Shown: positions 1 to 10,620, counted from the first letter of the stretch. The stretch: DNA of 64,000 nucleotides from Myxococcales bacterium (GCA_045863395.1 BTVJ01000011.1:64001-128000); one strand, 5' to 3'. Notes: generated by a model from the sequence alone, not told the origin. Made by a program: numbers and translations.

Positions 1-269
1 CGGCCCAGCGACGACGGCTGGAGGCTGAGCCAGAGCGCGGTTCAGGGCTCCGGCCCCCGGGGCTGGTGTGCTGCACATGGTTTGTTCAAGGATGTGCGGG
101 TCGGGGCCAGCGAGGGTCCTGCGGTCTTCGTGCGCCGGGGGGAGGCGCGGGCCTCACGGAGCCAGGCGTCGGGGTGAGGCGACCGGCACGCGTACCTCCC
201 GAGGGTGGCCGGGGCCGAGCCGCCCGAAGGCGGCCATGAGGGGCGTGCAGCTATTTGTTGCTGACCCTG

Positions 270-1664
270 TCAGCCCAGCAGCCGCTCCCTGGGCGTGGGC
301 CCTCGCCCCACCAGGGCCTCCACGGCCTCCACCGCCTTGGGGATGTCGGCGGTCAGCACCTCCGGCTCCCCGTCCGTGACCAGCACGTCGTCCTCGATGC
401 GGATGCCGCCGAAGGGGAGCCACTCCTCGGCGCGGCTCCAGCGAACCGCGTCCCCCAGCGTCGCCCGCAGCTTCTCGTCATGGAGGATCGCGGGAGCAAA
501 GTAAAGACCGGGTTCGATGGTGACGGCCATCCCTGGCTCCAGGTCCCGGTCCAGGCGTAACCAGCACAGGCCGAATTGGGGGTCGCGGGACCGCCCGCTC
601 CCGTAGCCCGCCAGATCTCCGAAGAGTTCCAGGTCGTGGACGTCGAGGCCAATCAGGTGGCCGATGCCGTGGGGGAAGAAGACGGCGTGCGCCCCCTGCT
701 CCACGAGGCCGTCCACGGAGCCCGCCAGGAGCCCCCAGTCCAGGAGCGCCCGGGCCAGCACCCGCGCCGCCGCCAGGTGGATGTCGCGGTAGCGCACGCC
801 GGGGCGACAGAGCGCGATGGCGGTCTCTTGTGCCTCGAGCACCGCCTCGTAGACCTCCCGCTGCCGCGGCGTGAACGTGCCCGACACCGGCCAGGTGCGG
901 GTGACGTCGCTGGCGTAGCCGGTGGCCGACTCTGCGCCCGCGTCCAGGAGCAGGAGCTGCGTCGGCCCCATGGGCGCCCCCGACGCCGAGCCGTGCAGCA
1001 CCTCGCCCCGCACCGTCACGATGGGCGGGTAGGCGGGCGCCATGCCCGCGGCAGAGAACGCCCCCTCGATGAGGCCCTGGACCTCGCGGTCCGTCACCCC
1101 CGGCCGCGTCGCGCCCATGGCGGCCCGCATGGCGTCGCGGGTGACCGCCCCGGCCTTGCGCATCTCCCCTGCCTCCCAGGGGTCCCGCCGGAGCCGCAGC
1201 GCGACGACCGCCGCGGCCAGCGCGGGGGACGTGGCCTCCGGGTGACGCGGATCCACGGTGACGCCGAGCCACCGCGACAGGCGCGCGTTGGCCTGCGGGT
1301 CTGCCACGGGCAGGGCGTGAACCCCCTCGGGCAGCAGCGCTGCCAGCTCCTCGTGGGTCGCGACCGCGTCGGCCCCCACCCGCTCCGCCTCGTGCTCGGG
1401 GGAGGGCACCTCGCCGTGCCACAGCGCGTCGTGGGGCGCTACGGGCGGCAGGACCAAGGTCGCTCGCCCGTCCGCCACCAGGAGCCCCGCATCCGGCCGC
1501 CGGCACCCCGTGAAGTACAGGAACGTCGAGTCCTGCCGGAAGGGCAGTGGGTTTGCCAGGTAGTTCCGTGGCAGCTCGCTGTGGCCCATCAGCAGGAAGG
1601 GCTCGCCTCCCATCGCGGCCGACAGGGCACGGCGGCGGGCTCGGTAGCGCTCTCGTTGGCTCAT
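270..1664 (-). CDS. pepP: Xaa-Pro aminopeptidase (M24B)
   Basis: FRQDSTFLYFTG N-domain; metal-binding motifs LLDAG, YASDVTRTWP, HGIGHLIGLDVHD, TIEPGLYF, GGIRIEDDVLVT. Confidence 0.93.
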   Translation of the reverse strand: MSQRERYRARRRALSAAMGGEPFLLMGHSELPRNYLANPLPFRQDSTFLYFTGCRRPDAGLLVADGRATLVLPPVAPHDALWHGEVPSPEHEAERVGADAVATHEELAALLPEGVHALPVADPQANARLSRWLGVTVDPRHPEATSPALAAAVVALRLRRDPWEAGEMRKAGAVTRDAMRAAMGATRPGVTDREVQGLIEGAFSAAGMAPAYPPIVTVRGEVLHGSASGAPMGPTQLLLLDAGAESATGYASDVTRTWPVSGTFTPRQREVYEAVLEAQETAIALCRPGVRYRDIHLAAARVLARALLDWGLLAGSVDGLVEQGAHAVFFPHGIGHLIGLDVHDLELFGDLAGYGSGRSRDPQFGLCWLRLDRDLEPGMAVTIEPGLYFAPAILHDEKLRATLGDAVRWSRAEEWLPFGGIRIEDDVLVTDGEPEVLTADIPKAVEAVEALVGRGPTPRERLLG

Positions 1665-1833
1665 TGGTGTCTCTCCTGACCCCTGGAGACTTTGTCCTCA
1701 GCTCGTGCGGCGCCCATGCCGATGGGGGACCACGCGGCCCTCGGGAAGGGTGGCGACCGCGCCGCGCAGATCGTGCCCGAAGGCCCCCCAACGGGCAAGG
1801 GGACAGAGACGCACAGGACGGCAAGGAGGAGAT

Positions 1834-2613
1834 GTGAGCACGCACAGGAAGGCGACCAGTGCCAGGGTGATCCCGCTGTCGCGGGAGCCAAGCCAGACCC
1901 CCGCCCCCGACACGCTGATCGAGGCGCTGCGCTCAGAGAACCACGAGCTGCGCCATCGTCTGGAAGAGGCCGAGAAGGAGCTGGCCGAGATCGACCAGGA
2001 GCGGCAGATGCTCGTCATCGAGCTGGGCGCCGTCAACCAGGAGCTGGACCGCCTGGTGCGGACCCTGGAGAAGCAGGCGATCACCGATCCGCTGACCGGT
2101 CTCTACAACAAGCGGCACCTGTGGGAGCAGCTCGGGCGAGAGGTGGCCCGGGCGGCCCGGACGGCCCGACCGCTCGCGGCGATGTTCATCGACATCGACC
2201 ACTTCAAGCGCTGCAACGACGACCACGGTCACGCCACCGGCGACGAGGTGCTCCGGCAGGTAGCGGAGCTGGTGGCGCGAGCGGTGCGGCGCTGCGACCT
2301 CGTGTGCGGCGTCGATCTGGGGAGCACGCTCGCCCGCTTCGGCGGCGAGGAGTTCGTCCTCGTGCTGCCGGAGACCGACGCGGCCGGGGCGGCGGCCGTC
2401 GCCGAGCGCATCCGGCGCACCGTGGCCGAGGCGACCTTCCTGGGGCCCGGCGGGACGCCGAAGCTCCAGGTGACCGTGAGCCTCGGGGTGTCCGAGTACA
2501 CCAAGGTCGACGGCGGGAACTTCCGCGGGCTCCTCGACCGGGCGGACCGGGCGCTCTACGACGCAAAGCGGGGCGGCCGCAACCGCGTAGCGAGCTGCCT
2601 CCCCGAAGCCTGA
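1834..2613 (+). CDS. Diguanylate cyclase (coiled-coil + GGDEF)
   Basis: DPLTGLYN, FIDIDHFKRCND..GH..GDEVL, FGGEEF, ADRALYDAKRGGRNR; GTG start at 1834 follows AGGAGG. Confidence 0.92.
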   Translation: MSTHRKATSARVIPLSREPSQTPAPDTLIEALRSENHELRHRLEEAEKELAEIDQERQMLVIELGAVNQELDRLVRTLEKQAITDPLTGLYNKRHLWEQLGREVARAARTARPLAAMFIDIDHFKRCNDDHGHATGDEVLRQVAELVARAVRRCDLVCGVDLGSTLARFGGEEFVLVLPETDAAGAAAVAERIRRTVAEATFLGPGGTPKLQVTVSLGVSEYTKVDGGNFRGLLDRADRALYDAKRGGRNRVASCLPEA

Positions 2614-2693
2614 CCCCGCCGACACCTCCCTCTCGCCGATTCCAGGTATACTCGCGCGTCGGGCCGGCCCCACCCCCGGCCCGGAGGCGCGCC

Positions 2694-5600
2694 ATCACGG
2701 ACGAGAGACCAGAGGCGCCCCGCCGGCGCAGCTCCATCGGCGGCATCCTGCTCCGGCTCCTCGGGACGCTGGTCTGGGCCGCCCTGCGCCTGGTGTACCT
2801 GGTCTACCTGGTCATCATGCGCTCCTTCCTCTGGGTGACCACCGCCTTCATCGTCGTCTACTTCGCCGGCAACACGTCGTGGGTGCGCGAGCTGGTGGTG
2901 GAGGTCGTCGCCGCCGAGATCCCGGGGCGCATCGACATGGACGGCATCCAGTGGGGCCCGCTGCCCTGGCAGGCTCGGGTGGTGGGCGTGCGGATCACCG
3001 AGCCGGGCGGCCAGGCCGTGATCACGGCCGACGCCGTCTATGGCGAGATCGAGCTGCTGCCATTCCTCCGTTGGGTGACGCGCTCCGTGGCGGCGGGTGG
3101 CCTCCCCTTCGAGCTGAGCATCACCGGCGCGGACGTGCGGGACTACACCGTGGTCCTCGACATGCGGGAGCAGGCGGACCCGCTGCTGGTCTACGCCTTC
3201 GACGACATGAAGCCGTCGGAGGGCCCGAGCCGCCCGGCCCGGGTGGTCATCCGCGGCGGTCACGGGTCCCGAGGCGTCGTGACCATCCTGCTGCCGGGCT
3301 TGGAGCAGCGCTACGAGGGGGTCGACTTCCGCGGCGCCGAGCTGGACATCGGCCCTCCCGAGGGGCTGCGGATCCACAGCCCTGCGCTGGTGCTGCAGGG
3401 CGGCACTGCGCGCTTCGACGCGGAGCTCAACCCCGTGGCGGACCGCCCGTGGGAGGTGCGCGTGGGCCGGGGGGTGGTCGACGAGTGGGTGTGGGACAAG
3501 GCAGACGAGGGTTTTCGCGTGCGGAGCGTGGACCTGGAGCTGGATCGGGGCCACCTCGTCGTGCAGGGCGCCATGGGCTTCCCGGGGGGGGCGGTCCGCT
3601 ACGACGCGACGGCCCGCCTGGATCTGGAGGACCCGGAGGGGCGCCACCCAATGCTCACAGCCCTGCTCGACGGCGCCCTCCGTGGCCCCCTCTCGGTCTG
3701 GGCCCGGGGTGCGGGGACCTTCGACGAGGTGTGGGCCGAGGTGCAGCTCGCGTCTCCGGCGCTCGACATCGCGGGGCTCGCCACCACGGGGGTCCGCGTC
3801 GACGGGAGCATCACCCCGGGCGCTCGGGGCCCCGTCGTGCAGGTGGGCTCCGCGGAGGCGAGCGTCGCTGGGGGGCACGTCCTGCTGGACGACGCGCGCC
3901 TGGACACGGGGGCCCTCCTGGCCGAGGGGACGGTCCGCCTCGCGGGCGTCTCCCCCTGGGAGCTGGTCACGTCGGCGCCCCTCGCCCTCGACCCGGACGG
4001 CCTCGACCTGCTGCGCGCGCGCCTCAGCGGTGGGCTGCGGGTGCGCGCGGCCTTCGGGGGGCCGCTGGACGTGACCGCAGAGATCCTCGACCGCCCCATG
4101 ACGGTGGCGTTCGAGGCGCTCCCGGAGGGGCTGCCGCTCGGGGAGCGGCCGACCATCGAGGGGGAGCTGGGCGTGGGTGTCGGTCACGGGGTGACGCTGC
4201 GTGCGACCCGCGTGGTCGTGCGCTCCGGTGACGACGTCGCCCGCATCGACGGGTCGCTGGCGATCCCCGGGCTGGTCGCAGACGGCACCGTGGACCTGTC
4301 CATCCCGGATCTCCAGGCGTTTCTGCGCCCCTTCGACGTAGAGGGGGTGCGCGGTGACCTCACCATCGCAGGCGCCCGGGTGAGCGGCCCCCTCGTGGCG
4401 CCCGAGGTGACCGGCGCCGATGTGGTCGCGCGCAACGTGCGCATCGGAGAGCTGGCCTTCGGGCGCCTGCAGGGCCAGGCAGCGCTGCGAGGTGGCGTCG
4501 TGAGCGTGATCGGGCTCAAGGCGGCGACGGACCTGGGGGGCGTCTCCCTGGACGGTACCGTACGCATCCATGACGGGGATCTGACCCGGCCGAACTCGAC
4601 CCTCCCCTTCACGGTGGAGCGGCTTCGGGCAGAGAAGATCCCGCTTGGCCGCCTGCTGGAGGGCCGCTCGGGGGCCGTGACCCTGACCGGAGTGAAGGCG
4701 AGCGGTGTGTTGAGCGACCCGTTGGGTTCGCTGACGGCGTCGGGGAGGGTGCTCGCGACGGACGTCGGCTCCGCCGTGCAGCCAGTGGAGCGCCTGGAGG
4801 GTCAGGTGCGCGTCGACAAGGGGCGGGTATCCGCCAGCGACGTGACCGTGGTGCTCCCTGGCGGCGAGCGTGTCCTGGGGGACGACCTGGCGTGGGACCC
4901 TGCGACGGGGGCGCTGCGGGCGTCGGTGCGCACGGATCGCGTCACCCTGGAGCGACTGGCGGCGCTGCGGGGCATCCCCTTGGGTGGGGTGGTCAGCGGT
5001 CACCTGCGCGTGGAAGGCCGATCCGGGGCATTCCAGGTAGGGGGAGACGTCGATGTCCGGGGCTTCCGCTACGACACCCTCGACCTGGGAGACGCCAGCC
5101 TCACCCTGTCGACGGACGCCGCGGGGGCCGTGCGCCTCGCCGCGTCGCGCTTCTTCCACGGGTGGACGCTCGAGGGCGACTCCTCCGTGACCCTGCGGCG
5201 CGACGGGGTGCCGACGTTCCTGGTGGCTTCCGTGCGGTTCGCCGACCAGGATCTGTTCGACCTGTTCCCCTCGGCGCGCCTGCCCTGGCTGCGGAACCGC
5301 CTCAGCGGGAAGGCCCAACTGGCGCTCGACCTGCGCGAGGGCGGCTTCGGCCTGGACTTCTCCTTTGGGGACGGAGGCATCCGGGCCGCGGTGGACACGC
5401 TCGGCCAGACCCTGTCAGTGAGCAACAAGGGCGACGCCTACGCCATGCTCACCGAGTCCGGGGACGTGTGGATCCAGGAGCTCCAGCTCGACACGCCGCA
5501 CGGCCCCCTCGAAGCGTGCGGGACGTTCTCGGCGGAGGGCGGGCAGGACCTGTGGGTGCGGGGCGCCGCCCGCCTGGAGGTCCTGGAGGCGTGGAAGGAT

Positions 5601-7139
5601 GCGTTCTCCGTGCTGGAGGGGCGGGTCGTGACGGCCGGCGATCCCGAGGTGGTGGCGCGCTGGGGGCGAGGCTGCCTGCCAGCGGAGGCGACCCATCCTG
5701 GCCTGGGGGGGATCGCCGACCTGGGTTCCATACACCTCATGGGCCCCCTGGACCGCCTCGCCATGGAGGGGACCCTCCGGCTCGACGAGGGGCGCGCGCG
5801 GCTGCGCTCGTTGGCGTCGGAGGTGGTGCTCGACCCGGGGGTCCGCGTGGAGCTGCGCACGGCGCGCGAGCGCGAGGAGCGGGTGGGAGAGCGGAGCGTG
5901 ACCGTGGCAGACCAGGTGCTGCGTACGCCGGCAGATGGCCCCATCGGGGCGACCTACGACGAGGGTCGCATCGACGTGGGCGGGCGGATGCGGCTGCTCG
6001 GGTGGGCGCCGGACTCCCTGGACCTGACGATCCGCGGGGTCGATATCGACTACGCCTCCCCCCAGGAGTACCGCGTCAAGGTGACGCCGCAGGTGACCTT
6101 CGAGGGGCGCGCCCTCAGCGGTGAAAAACCCCGCATGAAGCTCGGCGGCGACGTGGCCATCGTCGAGGGCAGCTATCACGCCGGGAGCACGCTCGGGGCA
6201 GCGCTGATCCGCGGGGCGACCGGGGCGCGCAAGCTGGTCGCCTACTCGAAGTCGCTGGTGGAGTCCGCGCCGTGGCTCGGGCCCATGGGCCTCGGGATCC
6301 GGCTCCAAGGGGAGAGCTTTGCGCTGCGCATGAAGCTCCCCTTTGGCGAGACGGACATGGAGCTGCGACTGGACGTGGTCGTGCGCGGTACGCTGGCCGA
6401 GCCGGAGGTGTTCGGCCACATCGACGTGCTGCCCGGCGGGCGCATCGGGAAGACCATCTTCGGGCGCGACTTCGAGGTGACCAAGGCGGGCTTCGACCTG
6501 GCGGGGCGGCCGTCGCGCTTCCAGGTGGACGCGGAGCTGCGGACGGAGGTGACGTTCCGGGAGGAGCGGGGCAGCGACAGCCTGCGGGGAAAGGCGGAGC
6601 TGGCGAGCGTGTCGAGCGGGTCGCTGCCGGAGGAGAAGACCGTCGTCGTGCGCACGCGGGTCAAGGGCGTCGTCGACATGGAGGACAAGGGCCGCGAGCT
6701 GGCCGGCGTGGAGCTGACGCTGGACAGCGACAGCGGCGGGTACGACCGCGCCGAGCTGATGTTCCTGCTGGTGACGGGGGCGCCATCGCGGTCCAAGCTC
6801 GACGAGTCGGAGAGCACGGCGACCATCAACGTGCTGACGGGGGAGCTGGCCGACGTGCTGGCGAAGACCTTGCTGGGGGCGTTCGTGGACGCGGTGAGCC
6901 TTGGCGTGACGGTGACCGGCGGCTTCGACTGGAGCCTGGAGAAGTCGCTCGGGCGCAACCTCAAGTTCTCGGTGCGCGGCGTGCAGGACGACACGGTCCA
7001 GCGGGTGCAGCCCAACTTCCGGTTCCAGATCACCGACGAGCTGTCGCTGGAGGGCTCGCTGCGCTTCGAGCAGGGCACGGCGGCCCGCGCGGGGCAGGCC
7101 TACGAGACGAAGCTCCGCTACCGGATCCCGCTGGACTGA
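2694..7139 (+). CDS. tamB: TamB/AsmA-like translocation and assembly module protein (start uncertain: ATC 2694 or ATG 2817)
   Basis: N-terminal hydrophobic anchor, about 1450 aa of Gly/Val-rich beta repeats, DUF490-like C-terminus (GTLAEPEVFG..., ends KLRYRIPLD); abuts an Omp85 gene. Confidence 0.8.
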   Translation: MTDERPEAPRRRSSIGGILLRLLGTLVWAALRLVYLVYLVIMRSFLWVTTAFIVVYFAGNTSWVRELVVEVVAAEIPGRIDMDGIQWGPLPWQARVVGVRITEPGGQAVITADAVYGEIELLPFLRWVTRSVAAGGLPFELSITGADVRDYTVVLDMREQADPLLVYAFDDMKPSEGPSRPARVVIRGGHGSRGVVTILLPGLEQRYEGVDFRGAELDIGPPEGLRIHSPALVLQGGTARFDAELNPVADRPWEVRVGRGVVDEWVWDKADEGFRVRSVDLELDRGHLVVQGAMGFPGGAVRYDATARLDLEDPEGRHPMLTALLDGALRGPLSVWARGAGTFDEVWAEVQLASPALDIAGLATTGVRVDGSITPGARGPVVQVGSAEASVAGGHVLLDDARLDTGALLAEGTVRLAGVSPWELVTSAPLALDPDGLDLLRARLSGGLRVRAAFGGPLDVTAEILDRPMTVAFEALPEGLPLGERPTIEGELGVGVGHGVTLRATRVVVRSGDDVARIDGSLAIPGLVADGTVDLSIPDLQAFLRPFDVEGVRGDLTIAGARVSGPLVAPEVTGADVVARNVRIGELAFGRLQGQAALRGGVVSVIGLKAATDLGGVSLDGTVRIHDGDLTRPNSTLPFTVERLRAEKIPLGRLLEGRSGAVTLTGVKASGVLSDPLGSLTASGRVLATDVGSAVQPVERLEGQVRVDKGRVSASDVTVVLPGGERVLGDDLAWDPATGALRASVRTDRVTLERLAALRGIPLGGVVSGHLRVEGRSGAFQVGGDVDVRGFRYDTLDLGDASLTLSTDAAGAVRLAASRFFHGWTLEGDSSVTLRRDGVPTFLVASVRFADQDLFDLFPSARLPWLRNRLSGKAQLALDLREGGFGLDFSFGDGGIRAAVDTLGQTLSVSNKGDAYAMLTESGDVWIQELQLDTPHGPLEACGTFSAEGGQDLWVRGAARLEVLEAWKDAFSVLEGRVVTAGDPEVVARWGRGCLPAEATHPGLGGIADLGSIHLMGPLDRLAMEGTLRLDEGRARLRSLASEVVLDPGVRVELRTAREREERVGERSVTVADQVLRTPADGPIGATYDEGRIDVGGRMRLLGWAPDSLDLTIRGVDIDYASPQEYRVKVTPQVTFEGRALSGEKPRMKLGGDVAIVEGSYHAGSTLGAALIRGATGARKLVAYSKSLVESAPWLGPMGLGIRLQGESFALRMKLPFGETDMELRLDVVVRGTLAEPEVFGHIDVLPGGRIGKTIFGRDFEVTKAGFDLAGRPSRFQVDAELRTEVTFREERGSDSLRGKAELASVSSGSLPEEKTVVVRTRVKGVVDMEDKGRELAGVELTLDSDSGGYDRAELMFLLVTGAPSRSKLDESESTATINVLTGELADVLAKTLLGAFVDAVSLGVTVTGGFDWSLEKSLGRNLKFSVRGVQDDTVQRVQPNFRFQITDELSLEGSLRFEQGTAARAGQAYETKLRYRIPLD

Positions 7140-7140
7140 G

Positions 7141-10100
7141 ATGGCGCGCACCGTCCTCGCACTGCTGCTCTTCGCGCTGCCCGCCCATGCCCAGGAGGCG
7201 CCGGAGCTGCCGTCCCCCTGCGAGGGGAGCCCCGTCGCGAGCGTGCGGCTGGCGGGGTGCGAGGAGTCGCGCTGCGCCGATCCCGAGGAGCAGGCGCGGC
7301 TCCTGGCGCTCACGGGGCTGGTCGTTGGCGAGCCGGTCGGGGAGGGCGCCCTGGAGCGGGCGGCCGAGCGGCTCCGGCGGGTCGCCGCGTTCGACACCGT
7401 GCGCCAGGACTGCCGCCTGGACGGGGGGGCGCACGTCGTGCTGCACGGGACTCCGCTGCCGATCATCCGGCGGCTGCGCATCGAGGGCAACTCGTTCGTG
7501 CTGCAGGAGGAGCTGCGCAAGCGCGTGTTCCTGCGGCCCGGCTCGACGCTGGCGCCGGCCCAGGCGGAGGAGGTGCTCACCCGGCAGCAGGAGACGCTGC
7601 GCAAGTACTACGAGCGCGAGGGCTTCGTGGACACGGCGGTGCGGGCGGTGGCGCACCCGCTTGAGGGGCAGGAGCTGGAGGTGGTCATCGCCATCGACGA
7701 GGGCCGCAAGAACCGCATCGACCGGCGGGAGGTGCGCTTCGCGCGGCGGGCGGAGCGGCCCGAGGCGGGGCGCGCGGCGGTGGAGGGCGCTCTGGGGGAC
7801 AGCGAGGGTGAGCAGGCCGAGACGCCGCTGCGCTGCCTGCCCGTGAGCGAGGGCGACCTGGCGGCGGCGGCACAGCTCGGCGAGCTGGAGGTGTTCACGG
7901 AGCGGGCGGCGCGGGACGTGCGGAACCGGCTGCGGGCGTGGCTCCAGGCGCGGGGCTACGTTGAGCCGAAGGTGGACGTGCGCTACGAGCCGGAGCGGGC
8001 GTTGTTGCGGGTGGAGGCCACCTGGGAGGCGTGCTGGGCGGTGCGCTTCTTCGAGCGGCCGCTGCCGGCGGTCGGGGACGAAGGCTACAAGCTGGTGACG
8101 GAGGTGGACGACCTGCTGGAGGTGCTGCCGTTTTCGAGCTCGGGCACCTTCGACTTCGACGAGGCGGATCTCGGGCGCCGGACGCTGCAGGAGGACCTGG
8201 AGCGGCAGGGGCTCCTGTTCGCGGAGGTGGCGCTCGACTGGCGGCGCTTCGACCGGCGGCGCCCGGCGGCCGGGGAGCGGGTGCCGGTGAGCGACACGGT
8301 GCGCGGGGCGATCACGTACTTCATCACCCGGGGCAGCGTGACGGAGATCCGCGCCATCCAGTTCCCCGGCATGACTGCCCTCGACGAGGACGACGTGCGT
8401 GACACCCTGGCGACCAAGGTCTACGACTTCTTTGGCCCCGGCGGCTACTTGGGAGTAGAGCAGATGTTCGCGGATCTGCGGGCGCTGCGGGCGTCCTACC
8501 ACGCGCTGGGGTACTACCGCATGCGCTTTCGCGGGTTCTCGCGCGTGGATGCTCCGGTACGGCGCGTGGAGCGCCGGGACCGCGCGACCCTCTACGTGTG
8601 GCAGGTCGAGGACATGGGCTTCACGGCGCGCAAGCCCGACCGCGGCAACGTGCTCTACCTGGAGGTGCCCATCGAGGAGGGGACGCGGAGCGTCTTGAGC
8701 GGGGTCGACGTGAGCGGGACGGACAAGGTGTTGCGGGAGGACGCGCTTGGGGCGTTGGGGCTGAGGGCAGGGCAGCCGTTCAGCCAGACGGTGCTCAAGC
8801 AGGCCTTCCAGCGGTTGCGGGGCCTGTACCTGGACCGGGGCCACCCGGACGCGAGCGTCACGGTGCGGTGCTCCACGCCGGAAGGCGGGTGCGACCCGGC
8901 GGAGGTGACCGCAGAGCAGGTGAGCCTGGTGTTCGAGGTCGAGGAGGGGCCCGAGGTGCGCATCGGGGAGGTGTTCCTGCTCGGCAACTTCGAGACGGAG
9001 CCGTCGGTGATCCTGCGGGACGTGCCCGAGAGCGGTGACCTCTACCGCCCCGCGGCCATCGGGGACGCCGAGCGGCGGCTGCGGGCGCTCGGGGTGTTCA
9101 GCACGGTGCGCATCGACGCGGTGGGGCTGGAGGAGGAGCCGATGCCGGACCGGGTCGCCCTGCTGGTGCGCCTGGAGGAGTCCCGCGCGCGGTTCTTGGA
9201 CCTGGCGGTGGGCTTCGAGTCCATCAACCGGGAGGGCGAGGACGTGCCGGCGGTGGCGACCAGCGTGCTGGCGACCAGCGTCTCGACGACGGACCGGCTC
9301 CAGGGCTTCCAGGGGCGGACCCTGGCGCTGGGGCTCCCGGATCTGCTCGTGACCATCCAGGCGGAGTACATCGATCAGAACGTGGCCGGGCTGGCCAAGG
9401 AGCTGCGCATTCCCCTCAAGTACGGCCTCAGCGCGGCGGGGCTGCTGGAGGCGGACCTGTTTCGGCTGCTGGTGTTTGCCCCGACGTGGCTCGACCGGCG
9501 GCTGTTTGGATCGGAGCTGGTGTTCCGCGCGACGCCGTTCTTCACCTACGACGAGGTGAGCGACGTCTTCGACCAGATCGAGGGGGGCCTCCAATTGGAG
9601 CTGTCGCGGCGCTTCTTCGACCACCTGATCACGTCGCTCTCCTTCGAGGTGAGCGGCATCAGCACGCGGGACCCGAGCGGCGTCGCCGGGGCGGCGACCG
9701 CGGACTTCAGCACGCCGAGCCTCCAGAACAAGCTGGAGCCGCGGGTCGCCTGGGACGCGCTGGACAACCCGCTCCACCCCATGGAGGGCTGGTACCTGGG
9801 CGGGACCTTGAGCTACATCAACGCCCTCGACCTCGGCACCCGCACCTTCGCGAACTTCCTCAAGGCGGACATCGAGGCCAAGGGCGTGCTCAACATCGGC
9901 CGCTTCCTGGTGCTGGCCTCCTTCGCGCGCTTCGGCGCGAGCGCGACCTTCGACGCAGACACGCTGCCGCTGACGGAGCGCTTCCGCCTCGGCGGCAACA
10001 AGGGAGTGCGCGGCTACGGCGACGGCGAGATCCGCCAGTACGAGGCGGACGGCACGCTCAGAGAGACGCCCATCGGCGGCGACTTCGTATTGAACGGCAC

Positions 10101-10392
10101 CGGGGAGCTGCGCCTCCCCATCGTGCGGGATCTGGGTAGTCTGTCTCTGTGGGGCGCCGGCTTCTTCGACTGGGGCGCGTTGGCAGACGACATCGACGGC
10201 TTCAACGCCAGGAGCTTCCGCATGGCGGCGGGAGTGGGCCTGCGGCTTCTGTTGTATGACCAGCTCCCCCTCCGCCTCGACTACGGCATCAAGCTCGACC
10301 GCCGCTGCCTCGTCGCGAGCAGCGAGACGGGAGCCTGCGAGCAGGAGGAGCCGCTCGGGGAGCTGAGCTTTGGGATTCTGTATACGTTCTGA
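7141..10392 (+). CDS. tamA: Omp85 family (TamA/BamA-like) outer membrane protein with POTRA domains
   Basis: Signal peptide, POTRA-like repeats (IEGN, GNFETEPSVILR, LRALGVFS), barrel motif RFRLGGNKGVRGY, LRLDYG, C-terminal Phe. Confidence 0.85.
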   Translation: MARTVLALLLFALPAHAQEAPELPSPCEGSPVASVRLAGCEESRCADPEEQARLLALTGLVVGEPVGEGALERAAERLRRVAAFDTVRQDCRLDGGAHVVLHGTPLPIIRRLRIEGNSFVLQEELRKRVFLRPGSTLAPAQAEEVLTRQQETLRKYYEREGFVDTAVRAVAHPLEGQELEVVIAIDEGRKNRIDRREVRFARRAERPEAGRAAVEGALGDSEGEQAETPLRCLPVSEGDLAAAAQLGELEVFTERAARDVRNRLRAWLQARGYVEPKVDVRYEPERALLRVEATWEACWAVRFFERPLPAVGDEGYKLVTEVDDLLEVLPFSSSGTFDFDEADLGRRTLQEDLERQGLLFAEVALDWRRFDRRRPAAGERVPVSDTVRGAITYFITRGSVTEIRAIQFPGMTALDEDDVRDTLATKVYDFFGPGGYLGVEQMFADLRALRASYHALGYYRMRFRGFSRVDAPVRRVERRDRATLYVWQVEDMGFTARKPDRGNVLYLEVPIEEGTRSVLSGVDVSGTDKVLREDALGALGLRAGQPFSQTVLKQAFQRLRGLYLDRGHPDASVTVRCSTPEGGCDPAEVTAEQVSLVFEVEEGPEVRIGEVFLLGNFETEPSVILRDVPESGDLYRPAAIGDAERRLRALGVFSTVRIDAVGLEEEPMPDRVALLVRLEESRARFLDLAVGFESINREGEDVPAVATSVLATSVSTTDRLQGFQGRTLALGLPDLLVTIQAEYIDQNVAGLAKELRIPLKYGLSAAGLLEADLFRLLVFAPTWLDRRLFGSELVFRATPFFTYDEVSDVFDQIEGGLQLELSRRFFDHLITSLSFEVSGISTRDPSGVAGAATADFSTPSLQNKLEPRVAWDALDNPLHPMEGWYLGGTLSYINALDLGTRTFANFLKADIEAKGVLNIGRFLVLASFARFGASATFDADTLPLTERFRLGGNKGVRGYGDGEIRQYEADGTLRETPIGGDFVLNGTGELRLPIVRDLGSLSLWGAGFFDWGALADDIDGFNARSFRMAAGVGLRLLLYDQLPLRLDYGIKLDRRCLVASSETGACEQEEPLGELSFGILYTF

Positions 10393-10460
10393 GGGCGCTG
10401 GTCGTCGTTTCGGCCACCCGGGTCTGTGCACCGAGCGGGCCGGCCTCCAGCGGACCGCAA

Positions 10461-10620
10461 GGCGCCGGTGCATAATAACCTGATCCATCGAGGGCCCCGA
10501 TGCGCCCCGCTGGCAGTGTGGCGCGGCCGCAGGCAGGGCCTTGTCCTTCCAAGGCATCGCCAGGCTGCCAGCGGGGATGCACCGGGGGCCGAATGGCACA
10601 GGTTATTGTGCACCGGCGCC
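10461..10620. repeat. 160-bp imperfect palindrome (MITE/REP-like), arms about 63 bp
   Basis: Left arm ggcgccggtgcataataacctg...ccccgctggcag..tggcg pairs with right arm cgcca..ctgccagcgggg...caggttattgtgcaccggcgcc; the outer 22 bp have one mismatch. Confidence 0.85.

Noticed and set aside
2280..2360. Short insertion between RxxD and GGEEF in the diguanylate cyclase
   Set aside because: Loop insertions here occur in other GGDEF proteins and catalytic motifs are intact
1692..2693. 1815-aa version of tamB overlapping the GGDEF gene
   Set aside because: The upstream part is an open shadow frame; protein-like sequence begins near 2694
2694..10392. TamB/TamA as a substitute membrane complex for the injection system
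   Set aside because: 15 kb away, a common housekeeping pair, no supporting evidence
10461..10620. Integron attC site
   Set aside because: Ends do not fit RYYYAAC/GTTRRRY, no integrase is present and I saw no second copy
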